From contig JBAYHC010000003.1 in assembly GCA_041666325.1 (NCBI GenBank), positions 159,102 to 223,101 on the forward strand: DNA of 64,000 bases. The letters are read 5' to 3'. The position numbers and the translations under genes are program-made. The notes beneath the pieces were generated by a model. The model had not been told where the DNA came from. It searched no databases and was given only the letters and a program-made list of their open reading frames with translations. The stretch is from Patescibacteria group bacterium. GTDB lineage: Bacteria > Patescibacteriota > UBA1384 > XYA2-FULL-43-10 > 1-14-0-10-43-13. How positions within the stretch are numbered: the stretch's first letter is position 1; the number at the start of each line of letters is the position of its first letter. Shown one piece after another: positions 1-9,200 of the stretch.

Positions 1-79
1 CCAAGCCCAAAAAAAGACGGCCAAAATTAAAACGCGATCTCACAATTTCCCTATTATTCTCTTTTTTTACTTCTGACAT
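1..79 (-). CDS. 5' part of a hypothetical protein that runs off the window start (N-terminus MSEVKKENNREIVRSRF...)
   Basis: ATG at 77-79 (minus strand) preceded by TAAGGAG 4 nt upstream. The frame stays open to position 1. Co-directional with the pspC-like gene just upstream. Confidence 0.35.
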   Translation of the reverse strand, partial: MSEVKKENNREIVRSRFNFGRLFLGL

Positions 80-104
80 ATTTCTCCTTAATGTGCGAAT
101 TCAT

Positions 105-569
105 CTATTTCCGCTTAAACACAATGTATCCGCCGAGTAGAATTAAAACTAGCGGCCAGAAAACGTCCCAATCAATACCGAATCTGGGTAATAACTGATT
201 AAGAAGGAGCAAAGTACCGGACAATATCAAGATTGCGCCAATAAAATCCCGAACGCTCGCCTGGTCCCACTCTTTCTTCCGTTTTCCATCCTGACCCTCG
301 CTTGTATCGGCGCCGGTATCGCGAACAGATTCTTGTGCCGCTTCCTTCTTGCCCATATTCTTATTGTCTGGCGCTTCGGGGATGATTATCATCAGTAATA
401 TATACAAGGCCACCCCGAAACCACCAAAAAAGGTAAAAACGAAAAACGCCACCCTGACAAGTACCGGATCAACATCAAAATATTCACCTATGCCGCCAGC
501 CACTCCAGCTACAACCCTGTTGTTCCGAGAAAGATAGATCTTCTTTGGCTCAATACTTCCTTCTGCCAT
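105..569 (-). CDS. PspC-domain membrane protein
   Basis: Segment IYLSRNNRVVAGVAGGIGEYFDVDPVLVRVAFFVFTFFGG matches the PspC domain and is followed by TM helices. The track ORF 105..908 extends its N-terminus through a compositionally foreign GC-rich block, so an internal ATG (567-569) was chosen as start; 602 or 641 are alternatives. Confidence 0.6.
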   Translation of the reverse strand: MAEGSIEPKKIYLSRNNRVVAGVAGGIGEYFDVDPVLVRVAFFVFTFFGGFGVALYILLMIIIPEAPDNKNMGKKEAAQESVRDTGADTSEGQDGKRKKEWDQASVRDFIGAILILSGTLLLLNQLLPRFGIDWDVFWPLVLILLGGYIVFKRK

Positions 570-729
570 AATATTCAACGCTCCATTAAATAATTGCACC
601 ATTATTATATCATAATTCAGCAAAAAACGCGGAAGAGTCATTGCAATCAGATCTCCCAAGACCCCGCTGTGGCCAAAAAAACGGGAGGGCCTGGCGGGGC
701 TCTCCCTGATAGAACAGAGCGGGTCGGCG

Positions 730-1035
730 TCAGCCGACCGGTTGTGCGGCGGGCGCCCCCCTTGGCACACCCAGCAAGTACCGGATCGCTCCTTCCGACC
801 CAAGCTGGGCATGGAGGCGATCGAACTCGCCCCGGACGATGTCGAGGTCGAAACCCTCCGGCAACCGGAGAGACTCGGCATTGCCCAAGGGCTTGCCGTC
901 ATCGTCAACCGGCACGACGCACATAATGAGAATAGACGCGTTAGCTACGCCAACTTCTCGTGCCAGCCTCCTTGCCAGCGCCAGGGCCACCTCGGGCACA
1001 GGCAGCGCCACAGGGGCGCCATTTGCTACACTCAT
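730..1035 (-). CDS. hypothetical 101-aa protein in a GC-rich island
   Basis: ATG at 1033-1035 (minus) with a perfect AGGAGGTG Shine-Dalgarno 5 nt upstream. Codon usage is GC-rich (GCG/GCC/CCG/CTC), unlike its neighbours. No family recognised. Confidence 0.45.
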   Translation of the reverse strand: MSVANGAPVALPVPEVALALARRLAREVGVANASILIMCVVPVDDDGKPLGNAESLRLPEGFDLDIVRGEFDRLHAQLGSEGAIRYLLGVPRGAPAAQPVG

Positions 1036-1467
1036 CGCTCACCTCCTGGGATCCGAACATATTTCCAGCACTATACCATACAAATCCACCCGGCTCAACA
1101 ACCCGTTGACTAGCGCAACATCGAGAACTAGAATAATCAGAGACAAGCAAAGAGAGGAGAACTGATCGCCTCAAGAAACGATAATAACACGACCACAGTT
1201 ATTGCGGAGGTCGCTCTCCGCGTTGCCGATGTCGGCGGTTGGACAGACACATGGTTTGCCAAACACGGTTATGTCTGTAACCTAGCCCTGACGTGTCGGC
1301 TCTTTGGCAACAATGCTCCTTATCGCGGAGTTTCGGTAATCGTCCAGACAAGCAATCATCAGACCCCCGCTGGTACTGTCTCAATTAAGGCAGCCGATCC
1401 GCATTTTGACGTTGTTGCGTCAATCAAGTCGCTCAGAAGCGGTAATTTTGACAAGCACAACCTCCTA

Positions 1468-2256
1468 TTGGCGACATTGTCACTGCTCGAGCTGAAACCT
1501 CTCCTGAACCACGATGTCGAAATCTATATTACCAGTCCTGTTCCGCCCGGCGCATCGATGGGAACAAGCGCAACCGTCTCTGTCGCACTAATCAAAGCAG
1601 TGGGCTCACTTCTAACCAAAGAAGGCATTAGGGCACTTGCTCCAGCCGAAGAGGCCCTTCTTGCCCACAGAGCAGAGACCGAGGTGATGAGAGGAGAATC
1701 AGGTACGCAAGATCAATGGTCGGCTGCGTTTTCACATGGAGCACAATTTATCACCATATCACCATTCCCTCAGACCGAATTAGAACAAATCAATCTGTCG
1801 CCGAAGACTGTCCATCAACTTGAGAGTGGTCTCATAACCATATTCGTCGGCAGCCACAACAGTTCACATGTCCATACAACTGTGATAAAAAAACTGACAA
1901 ACAAAAAAGGAGATTCACCCTTACTCGAACGACTGCGGCAATTAGCGATTGATGCCAAAGACACACTCTCGAAAGGCAAATTGCAAGACTACGGCCGAAT
2001 CCTGAGCGCAAATACAGAAACACAGAGAAGCCTCCATCTTGACCTTGTCGGCCCAGACCACCTAAAAATCCTTCGCCTTGCCCATACTCTACCCGGATAT
2101 CTGGGTGGCAAAGTCAATGGCGCCGGAGGTGGAGGCGGTTCCGTAACATTGTTATTCGAGTCAAAAGCAGCTGCTACTAGGTTCTTTCATCTTGCAAACG
2201 AGACACACAAGAAAGAGGAATACCTTTATTATGAGCATAAGATTGCCGGCGCCTAG
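1468..2256 (+). CDS. GHMP-family sugar kinase (HddA/heptose-7-P-kinase-like); true N-terminus probably starts upstream at about 1165-1201
   Basis: GHMP motif 2 PPGASMGTSATVSVALIKA and motif 3 GGKVNGAGGGGGSV are present. The in-frame upstream segment encodes the N-terminal RVADVGGWTDTWF (GGxTD) motif, but no ATG/GTG/TTG precedes it. Confidence 0.7.
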   Translation: MATLSLLELKPLLNHDVEIYITSPVPPGASMGTSATVSVALIKAVGSLLTKEGIRALAPAEEALLAHRAETEVMRGESGTQDQWSAAFSHGAQFITISPFPQTELEQINLSPKTVHQLESGLITIFVGSHNSSHVHTTVIKKLTNKKGDSPLLERLRQLAIDAKDTLSKGKLQDYGRILSANTETQRSLHLDLVGPDHLKILRLAHTLPGYLGGKVNGAGGGGGSVTLLFESKAAATRFFHLANETHKKEEYLYYEHKIAGA

Positions 2257-2307
2257 CACTTACCCCAACCTCACAGCTAAAAGCAGTGCCAATTTAGGAA
2301 AATCACA

Positions 2308-2940
2308 CTACGGCACCTGTTGCAAAAGACTCACAACATCATCATCGCTAACAGGAAAAAACTCCTCGTAATAGCTCCTTGCCACGCCAGAAAATTCAAA
2401 TGGTACGTTGAGAACAACCAGGTCATCAACCTCGTCCCAGATACTCGTCACAAGCTCCTCTGGAATAACCGGCAATGCTGCGACGATTTGTCGCGGATTC
2501 TTGTGGCGAAGCTCCTCGATAGCAAGCAAAAGAGCGGTATCACCCGCATTGCCATCGTCAACTAAAATTGCAATTTTGCCACTAATTTCAGGGACTTGCT
2601 TGTATTTCTTGAGATAAGTTTGGCGCTGACGTTGAGCTTCCAGCTGCTCTACCTCCATCCTGTCCCGCAGCCATTCCTGATTTAAATATGCGATTTCATC
2701 CTGGTCGCATAGTCCATGGCCATCCTCAGCGATCGCACAGACCGCAAGATCAGGGTTTTGGGGGTGGCTAATTTTTCGGGTTATAATGATATCCAGGGGT
2801 GCTTTTAAATGTTTAGCAACATAATATCCAAGTACGACTCCGCCCTTTGGCAACGCATAGACGACCACATCATCTAGCCTGTATTCCTCCAGTGCTTCTG
2901 CCAACTGCTGACCCGCATCCATCCGATCACGAAAGCGCAT
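2308..2940 (-). CDS. predicted phosphoribosyltransferase (COG1926-like PRTase)
   Basis: PRPP-binding loop ILVDDGNAGDTAL. Overall resemblance to the predicted-phosphoribosyltransferase family. Confidence 0.65.
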   Translation of the reverse strand: MRFRDRMDAGQQLAEALEEYRLDDVVVYALPKGGVVLGYYVAKHLKAPLDIIITRKISHPQNPDLAVCAIAEDGHGLCDQDEIAYLNQEWLRDRMEVEQLEAQRQRQTYLKKYKQVPEISGKIAILVDDGNAGDTALLLAIEELRHKNPRQIVAALPVIPEELVTSIWDEVDDLVVLNVPFEFSGVARSYYEEFFPVSDDDVVSLLQQVP

Positions 2941-3242
2941 TGTGCCTCCTTACGTTTACTCACCATGAGCTAGGCACTTTTTGAAACAAACTTGCGTCGT
3001 TCTTAATTTTTCAACTTCGTTTCCGACCAATCATCGGTCATTTTTTGCATCTCAGGCCCACTCATGGCCATTCATTATATCACACGAACAAATAAGCAAA
3101 TAAGTTAGCAAGTGTTAGGCTTGTGCCCAAGACAGTAAGACAAACTGTTTACCTAATTTTGAATAGCTCAGGCAAACATATGCTTATTTGTTGTCAAATC
3201 TATGATATACTTTTATTAAATTGAAATTACAGGAGGAGGAAT

Positions 3243-3608
3243 ATGCCTAAATGGATTGACGAGATTGATCCGGAAAGTTTGATAGATAAAGACATTTTTG
3301 AACTCCTAGACCTCAAAGACGCCCCGGAGGATCGCAAGCATCAAATCCTAGAAGACATGATGGAAACCATTCAAAACCGTGTGGTGGCCAGAATTTTGGA
3401 TTCACTCAAAAAAGAAGAGGTTAAGGAATTTGAAGAACTGCTCGACGAGGACGACAACGATAAGGTCGCTCAATTTCTTCAGACAAGAAACATCGACCCT
3501 GTTACATTCACAGCCGAAGAAGCCCTAAATTATAAAATTGAAATTCTCAACCTCATTGCGGCTCAAGAAGATGCGAGCGATGCCGACAATCAAGCTCAGG
3601 ACAGGTAA
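3243..3608 (+). CDS. small acidic helical protein, module 1 partner; paralog of 5837..6160
   Basis: AGGAGGAGG RBS before the ATG. 121 aa, rich in D/E. Shares the LL(D/E)LxDxPE(D/E)RK...IQ(N/T)RV(V/T)ARI(L/F)D(S/E)L...NID...N(Y/F)K(I/A)E(I/L)L(N/S)L(I/L) pattern with ORF 5837..6160. Confidence 0.7.
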   Translation: MPKWIDEIDPESLIDKDIFELLDLKDAPEDRKHQILEDMMETIQNRVVARILDSLKKEEVKEFEELLDEDDNDKVAQFLQTRNIDPVTFTAEEALNYKIEILNLIAAQEDASDADNQAQDR

Positions 3609-3618
3609 GGGAGACAAA

Positions 3619-5685
3619 ATGTTTTTTGGAAAAAAACCGTCCGCACCAGAAGCTGCCCCGTCGCCGCCAGCTCCATCTGCTTCTGAAGAAAAACCTAAAA
3701 AAGCTCCGACCGAGAACAAGAATGCCAGCTCTCCGGAGGGAAGCCCCAAGCCCCCAGTCAAGCAAGAAGGTAAAAAAGAACCTGCTACAGAAAAGGAAAA
3801 TGAAGCTGAAAAAAAAGAAAAACGGCTTGCCTCACTGGCCGAGATTTCTGCTGAACTCGACAAACGCCAAAAAGAACGCGACGAAGCGCTCTATGGCAAT
3901 TTCCTGCCACCAAAAGTTGGTAAGTTCCTGCACGGTACCGCCGCCGGAAAATTGATCAAATCAATTGCCGCTATTGCCGCTGGCGCAACCGTCGCTACCG
4001 CCGCCACATCTATCGGCGGACTAGCCCTCCTGGCAATCGCTCCTGTACTGCACACTCAGGGCATCCGCCTTGCCGCCAGCGGCGGAATTGAAGTCATTCA
4101 GACTCTCGCCGACCTAATGCAAGGCAAAAACAGCAACCTCTACGCCGAGATGAACGCTGCTAGCGCCGATCTAGAAAAGAGCAAAGTCAAACTCGCGGAA
4201 TTAGAATTGGGCAAAGACAAAGCCGACCCCGAAGTACACCAAGCACAGTTGGCGGAAACGATCAAAGCTATCGCCGAAAAAGAAAAAACTATCATTGAAA
4301 AACATTCCAAACTTCTCACACTCGACAATAAACGAAAAATCTTTCGCAGAAAGGGCTCTTCTCTTGTAACGGCCGCATTCAGTATTCTGCATGGCGTCGC
4401 CCTTGGCACCCAAGACTTCGACAACGGTATAGTTAAATCAACCAACCTTTCTAGCCCCGACCACAAGATGGTCTGGTCCCTCTTCAAGGATAACAAATGG
4501 AATAATTTTGATTTTCTATACAACCCTTCCGACTCTGCCGGCGCTGCCATGGCAAGCGCCAAACATACTTACGACATGGCCGGACCGCTCGATTTCGGAA
4601 TTAGCGGGCAAGGACACATCGTCGGCCAGATGTCCAACTCGCACCTCATTCCAAGCTATTTTGGTTTAGCTACGGCGGCACTAGGCCTTTCCTTGGGCGC
4701 AAGATCAAATGAACAGCAAAAACCCGATTACACTCCCCCATCTTTTGCGACAGATGATACAGCGCGAAGAGCGGAACCAGAGAGCAAGGAAGCCAGAGAC
4801 ATAACGATCGAAAGCAGTGCATCCGTACGAGAAGGAGATCTAAAAAAGAAGCTGGGGGATCTCGCAAAAGAAAAAGAGGAAAACAAGAAAAAACTTCAAA
4901 AACTTGGCGAGGAAATTAAGGCTGCAGAAAAATCTCCGCAAACCCATGATAGCGACCGGCAGCTTCAAGCAAAAAGAAAAGAAAAAGAAAAACTGGAAAT
5001 ACGCCAGAAAGAAATCGACACCGAACTGAAGAAATATGAAAAAGTCATAGAGATTCAGAAAAAAATTGAGGCAAAGGACCAGGAGATAAAGAAAAACCAG
5101 AATGAGTGGAACGATTTGGACAGAGAAGATGGGGATAATCCTGACATAGCAGTAGAGAAAAAGGCACATGAAGACAAAGATACCGAGCTCCGAAACGAAC
5201 GAAAAGCGCTGGAGGCTGAACTTGAGGAGGAGCTGAGAAAGATAAGCAGCAAGAGTAGCAAACCGAAACCGGAGGCGGCCACCGAAACAAGCGCAGAAAA
5301 AGAAACCCCAAAGAAGCCTGATAGCGCTCCAGCCAAAAAGGCCGAAGACAAAGCGCAGGACGAAGAAGAAGAGGAGGAAGAGGAAGATGAGGAGAATCCG
5401 GAGACAGCAAGGCTCAGAAGGGTTCGCAATAATTTTACCAAACTCGCCAGGGATGAATCTCTTACTCCATCCAGTCTCTCAGACACGACCGTTCTAAGGA
5501 ACAAATTGGAGGTAGCAAAGAGTGGACCAATTGAGCGGGCTGTTCTAACCGCCAGTTACAACGAAGCCTACACTACACTTCATAAAGTTAAATTTACCGA
5601 TCACTCCCGCCAAAAAGAGTTGGTCAGGCATATCAAATCAGGCTTTATTTCTATTTTGGAAGAGATTGGCCCGGAAAAGAGTTGA
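3619..5685 (+). CDS. giant coiled-coil protein A (688 aa) with A/G-rich hydrophobic hairpin segments; paralog of 6203..9901
   Basis: ATG at 3619 with a GGGAG RBS; the track ORF 3538 start is an N-terminal over-extension in the same frame. Features: hydrophobic stretch AAIAAGATVATAATSIGGLALLAIAPVL, a second SLVTAAFSILHGVALG and a third GLATAALGLSLGA; long K/E-rich coiled coils; a poly-E run; and a C-terminal domain ARLRRVRNNFTKLARD...YNEAYTTL homologous to protein B. Confidence 0.75.
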   Translation: MFFGKKPSAPEAAPSPPAPSASEEKPKKAPTENKNASSPEGSPKPPVKQEGKKEPATEKENEAEKKEKRLASLAEISAELDKRQKERDEALYGNFLPPKVGKFLHGTAAGKLIKSIAAIAAGATVATAATSIGGLALLAIAPVLHTQGIRLAASGGIEVIQTLADLMQGKNSNLYAEMNAASADLEKSKVKLAELELGKDKADPEVHQAQLAETIKAIAEKEKTIIEKHSKLLTLDNKRKIFRRKGSSLVTAAFSILHGVALGTQDFDNGIVKSTNLSSPDHKMVWSLFKDNKWNNFDFLYNPSDSAGAAMASAKHTYDMAGPLDFGISGQGHIVGQMSNSHLIPSYFGLATAALGLSLGARSNEQQKPDYTPPSFATDDTARRAEPESKEARDITIESSASVREGDLKKKLGDLAKEKEENKKKLQKLGEEIKAAEKSPQTHDSDRQLQAKRKEKEKLEIRQKEIDTELKKYEKVIEIQKKIEAKDQEIKKNQNEWNDLDREDGDNPDIAVEKKAHEDKDTELRNERKALEAELEEELRKISSKSSKPKPEAATETSAEKETPKKPDSAPAKKAEDKAQDEEEEEEEEDEENPETARLRRVRNNFTKLARDESLTPSSLSDTTVLRNKLEVAKSGPIERAVLTASYNEAYTTLHKVKFTDHSRQKELVRHIKSGFISILEEIGPEKS

Positions 5686-5836
5686 TTTCAGGTTCTCCCG
5701 AAGGAGTGATTTAGGTAAAACGCACAAAGAGACACAAACTTGTCAAATCACACCAGGGATAGCCTGGTACTTCGCATAATCCAGAGTCGGTGGTGCTGCA
5801 TTCTCAGGCAAACAACCTTAAGACCAAAGGAGCAAT

Positions 5837-6160
5837 ATGCCCGCACAAAAGGAAATCGATATCACAGAGATCGCCGAAAAGAGTCTATTGGAAGTTCTGG
5901 GGCTACAAGATCTACCGCAGGAAAAACGCTCACCAATTATCGCTAACATGGTAAAAATCATTCAAACTAGAGTTACTGCCCGTATCTTTGACGAATTAGA
6001 TGATAACGGCCTTAAACAGTTTTCCGATTCAGACACTAACCCCAAAAAAACCCGAGCATTTCTCGAAAGTAAGGGCATCGATCTGGACAAGATAACCAGC
6101 GATGAAGTCGTCAATTTCAAAGCAGAACTACTATCTCTTCTTGGCTATAATGTTAAGTAA
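5837..6160 (+). CDS. small acidic helical protein, module 2 partner; paralog of 3243..3608
   Basis: AAGGAG RBS. 107 aa. Same motif pattern as 3243..3608. Confidence 0.7.
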   Translation: MPAQKEIDITEIAEKSLLEVLGLQDLPQEKRSPIIANMVKIIQTRVTARIFDELDDNGLKQFSDSDTNPKKTRAFLESKGIDLDKITSDEVVNFKAELLSLLGYNVK

Positions 6161-6202
6161 AAATTATTTTATTATGCACCAAAGAAAAACAGCGGAGGAA
6201 TT

Positions 6203-9200
6203 ATGACACCAGTGGGCGAAGCAGGCGGGCCAATGGATCCATCAATCATCGGCGATCCTTCTTATACCGTTAATCCGGACAATCAAACCTCTTCCCCCGG
6301 AAAAACAGTCGAGGTTACTGCTGATGCCAGCAAAAAAACAGAAGCTAACACTGATGCGGAAATTACAGCTCCAGTCGTAGAAAAAAGGAAAACACCGGAA
6401 AGATTACGCACAGAAAGACTTGGCATTGCCGGAGAACTCAGCAAAACAATAAAAGAAAGAGAGAATCGGCGCAGCGAAGAACACTGGGGCAAGGGACGTT
6501 GGGGTAAGTTTAAAGAGAAACTCAACACAACAGATTGGGGTAAAGCAATCAAAGTGGCCGGAAAAGTAGCCCTCGCCACAACCGGAGTGCTGGCAGCCTC
6601 AACCCTCAGTGGTGGTGCAGGATTATTGCTTGCTCCCCTTCTCTACAGCCAATCGCTCAAACTCGGCTTCGAGGGTGGCCTTGAAGGGATGCAGCATCTT
6701 CTTCGTGGCCGAAAGGAACGTCTCGGCCTCGAGGCCAAAAAACAAGACTTTCTAAAGAAATCGGACGAAAGAATCGCAAAAGTTCAGGCAGCCGAAAATG
6801 AGTTTAGAATTGCCAAAGGCAAAAAGGACAGAGGCGAAATCAACAACGAAGAATACCAAAAAGCTGTTGACCAATACTCATCCCAAGTCGAAAGTCTGAC
6901 TAAATCAATCAGCCGTCTCGAAAGCGACTACCTCAAAAAAGAGCGCGAATACATCAATCTCGAAAACAGCATGAAAATTCAGCGCGCTACAGAGAGCACT
7001 GCCCTTTCAGCCACATTTTCGCTCTTGATGGGCATGCCTCTCGGTGTTCAGGGTGCTGGTCACAACGTTATCTTCGCTCCTGGCCATGGCCTTCACTTCA
7101 TTTATAAAGTTGGCGAAACGATGAGCAGCACAGGAGTTCATGCAATTGGCACATCACTCACGCACACAGTCGGCGCAATCGCAACTGCTGCAAGCGCTAG
7201 TCGCGCCTATCTCGGTATGGGACTCGCTGGAGCCGGGCTATTAGCAACTGCAGGTAAAGAGATATTGAATGCGAAGAAAAACCATCAGGCAGACAAACAA
7301 GAGCGCGGCACCTCTCTCTGGGCCGAAGTTTCCAACGACTTGAAGGCTGTTGGGAAAAAAGAAACAGTCGGCCAACGAGAAGCGGAAGCGATGGCACAAG
7401 AGGGTTCAGCCGAAACCTATGAGCCGCCAGAAAATCTGAAAAAATTCGCCAAGAAAACAGCCGAACACTACAAAGAGATTGGTCGGCGTACGAATGAAAT
7501 TGATGCCGAGATGAGCTCACTTGACGAAGAAGAGCAAAGGCTAAAAACTGATCCGACCCCGACGGATCAGTCACGGATGCGGCTTGAGGCTATTCCCGCT
7601 CAACGCGAAAAGCTAAACAATGAAAAAGAAGAGCTTGCCCGAGAAACAGAGAAAATCAAAGAAACAGCTGAGCTGTACAACCTAACGGTAAATATCGCCG
7701 GCCGAATTACACAGAGAAAAAATGAGTTGAATCAGTTAGCCAGAGACTTATCCAGCCCCGCAACAATCCCCCTGATAGAGAAGGCCAAAGCAGAATTAGC
7801 CGATCTTTATAGCCTGAGAAAAGAAACGTGGCAAAAAATTGCAGAGAAGCAAAGACTGATCGACGAAGAAGCAGCCAGCGCTGCCGCGAGTCAGACATCG
7901 GAACAACCGGCACAACAGGAAAGCTCTCCGGCTCCCAGCGAAGCTGATTTTCGCAAGTTTTATCGAGAGAATGCAGCCGGTTTTGCCGAGCGAGAAAAAG
8001 CACGAGCGACCGGACAGGAACCATCAGAAGAATATGCCACTTTCGATAATATTTATCGAGAAATCGACAGAGCTGAAAATGAAATGCGCCAGAAGGAAAG
8101 GGAAATCAATGAGCTGCAAAACAGAATAGATCGTGGTGAAGTAACGGCAACAAGCCAGGTCAGAGAACAACTATTCGGACTAACTCGCGAGTATCTTGAT
8201 GCTGATCGACGAAGAGACAACCAAAAGCAACTGCTTCGTGAAATTTATAATCAGGCAAAAGGCGCGAAATCGCCCCGGCAAACCCAAGCTACCCCAGAGA
8301 ATCGTACTGTAACAGGAGACCAACCGCCCATTCTCGATAATGCCAGATCTGAAGGCAATAAGACTAGCCCTGAGCTTCCTAAATTCGAGAGTATCGATCC
8401 GGCGCAAATCATCAGAGCGGCCAGGGATCCCGGGGTACGTGCTCGGGTCATAAGCCGTCTTAACGGCGCTAACAGCGCCGAAAGTTTTGGCAGCCTGGAT
8501 GGCGTTACAGCTCTCGAAGAGGCAGTTATTCTGGATGAATTGACCAATCGCGCCAGAGCATTGATGGAAGATCCTCGCCTGAGTAATGCCACACCAGAAG
8601 CAGCATATGACACAGTTGTGTTGATGCTCGATCAGCCTGAGGTCGAAGAGGAAGTCGGGAAAGAGCAAACGACTACAGCAGAAGAAGTGCCGGGAGGACA
8701 GGAAAAGACACCGCAACCGGAAGAAGCAGAAACAGCCGAGGCAGCGCGCATGGACTTTGTAAAGCGAGCATTTACTGACATTCTTAGTGACACCTCCTAT
8801 GCCCCGGAGCGCATAAACGATGTCGATGAACTAAGGCTTCTCTTCGGCGACCCTCTAGAGCGCGGCAGGATGCAATCCAGAAAGTTTTATTATGAAGCTT
8901 ATCGTCAAGCCACGGTAACCCTGGTCACAACTCCAACACGCGATATTAGCCGTTACTCAGCAATCCTTCGTAACCTGGATGAGGGTTATCGCAAATTGTT
9001 AGCAAGAGTCGAATCAGACGATCGCGATGGTGGTTCGGGATCAGAAAAATCCCCAGACGAGAAAGATGCAGAACAAGGGAAACCACTAGAGCAAGGAGAA
9101 ACAGCAGAACCAAACGCCGAGATTAAACAAAAATTCGAAGAGCAACTCCAGAAAGACAAGCGCATCATTGCCGAGTCAACAGAAAGAGCAAAGGGATTTG

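Noticed and set aside
105-908. Track ORF of 267 aa running from the PspC domain through the GC-rich block
   Set aside because: The N-terminal 113 aa (MTMTASPWAMPSLSGCRRVST...) are low-complexity, antisense to or out of frame with the SD-bearing GC-rich ORF 730-1035, and cross a sharp compositional boundary. The PspC domain starts at the internal Met, so the CDS was trimmed to 105-569.
594-1174. Multiple overlapping ORFs in all frames (594-926+, 742-1113+, 839-1165+, 941-1174-) in the GC-rich block
   Set aside because: These are typical spurious long ORFs in high-GC DNA. Only the minus-strand 730-1035 ORF has a canonical SD and a protein-like composition.
3525-5504. Long antisense or alternate-frame ORFs (3525-3863-, 4140-4562-, 5055-5504-, 5045-5410-) inside giant gene A, with similar ones inside giant gene B (6283-6579-, 7197-7574-, 8180-8716-)
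   Set aside because: Low-complexity translations (poly-S, poly-L/F) generated by the purine-rich, repetitive coding strand of the K/E-rich genes. No start signals.
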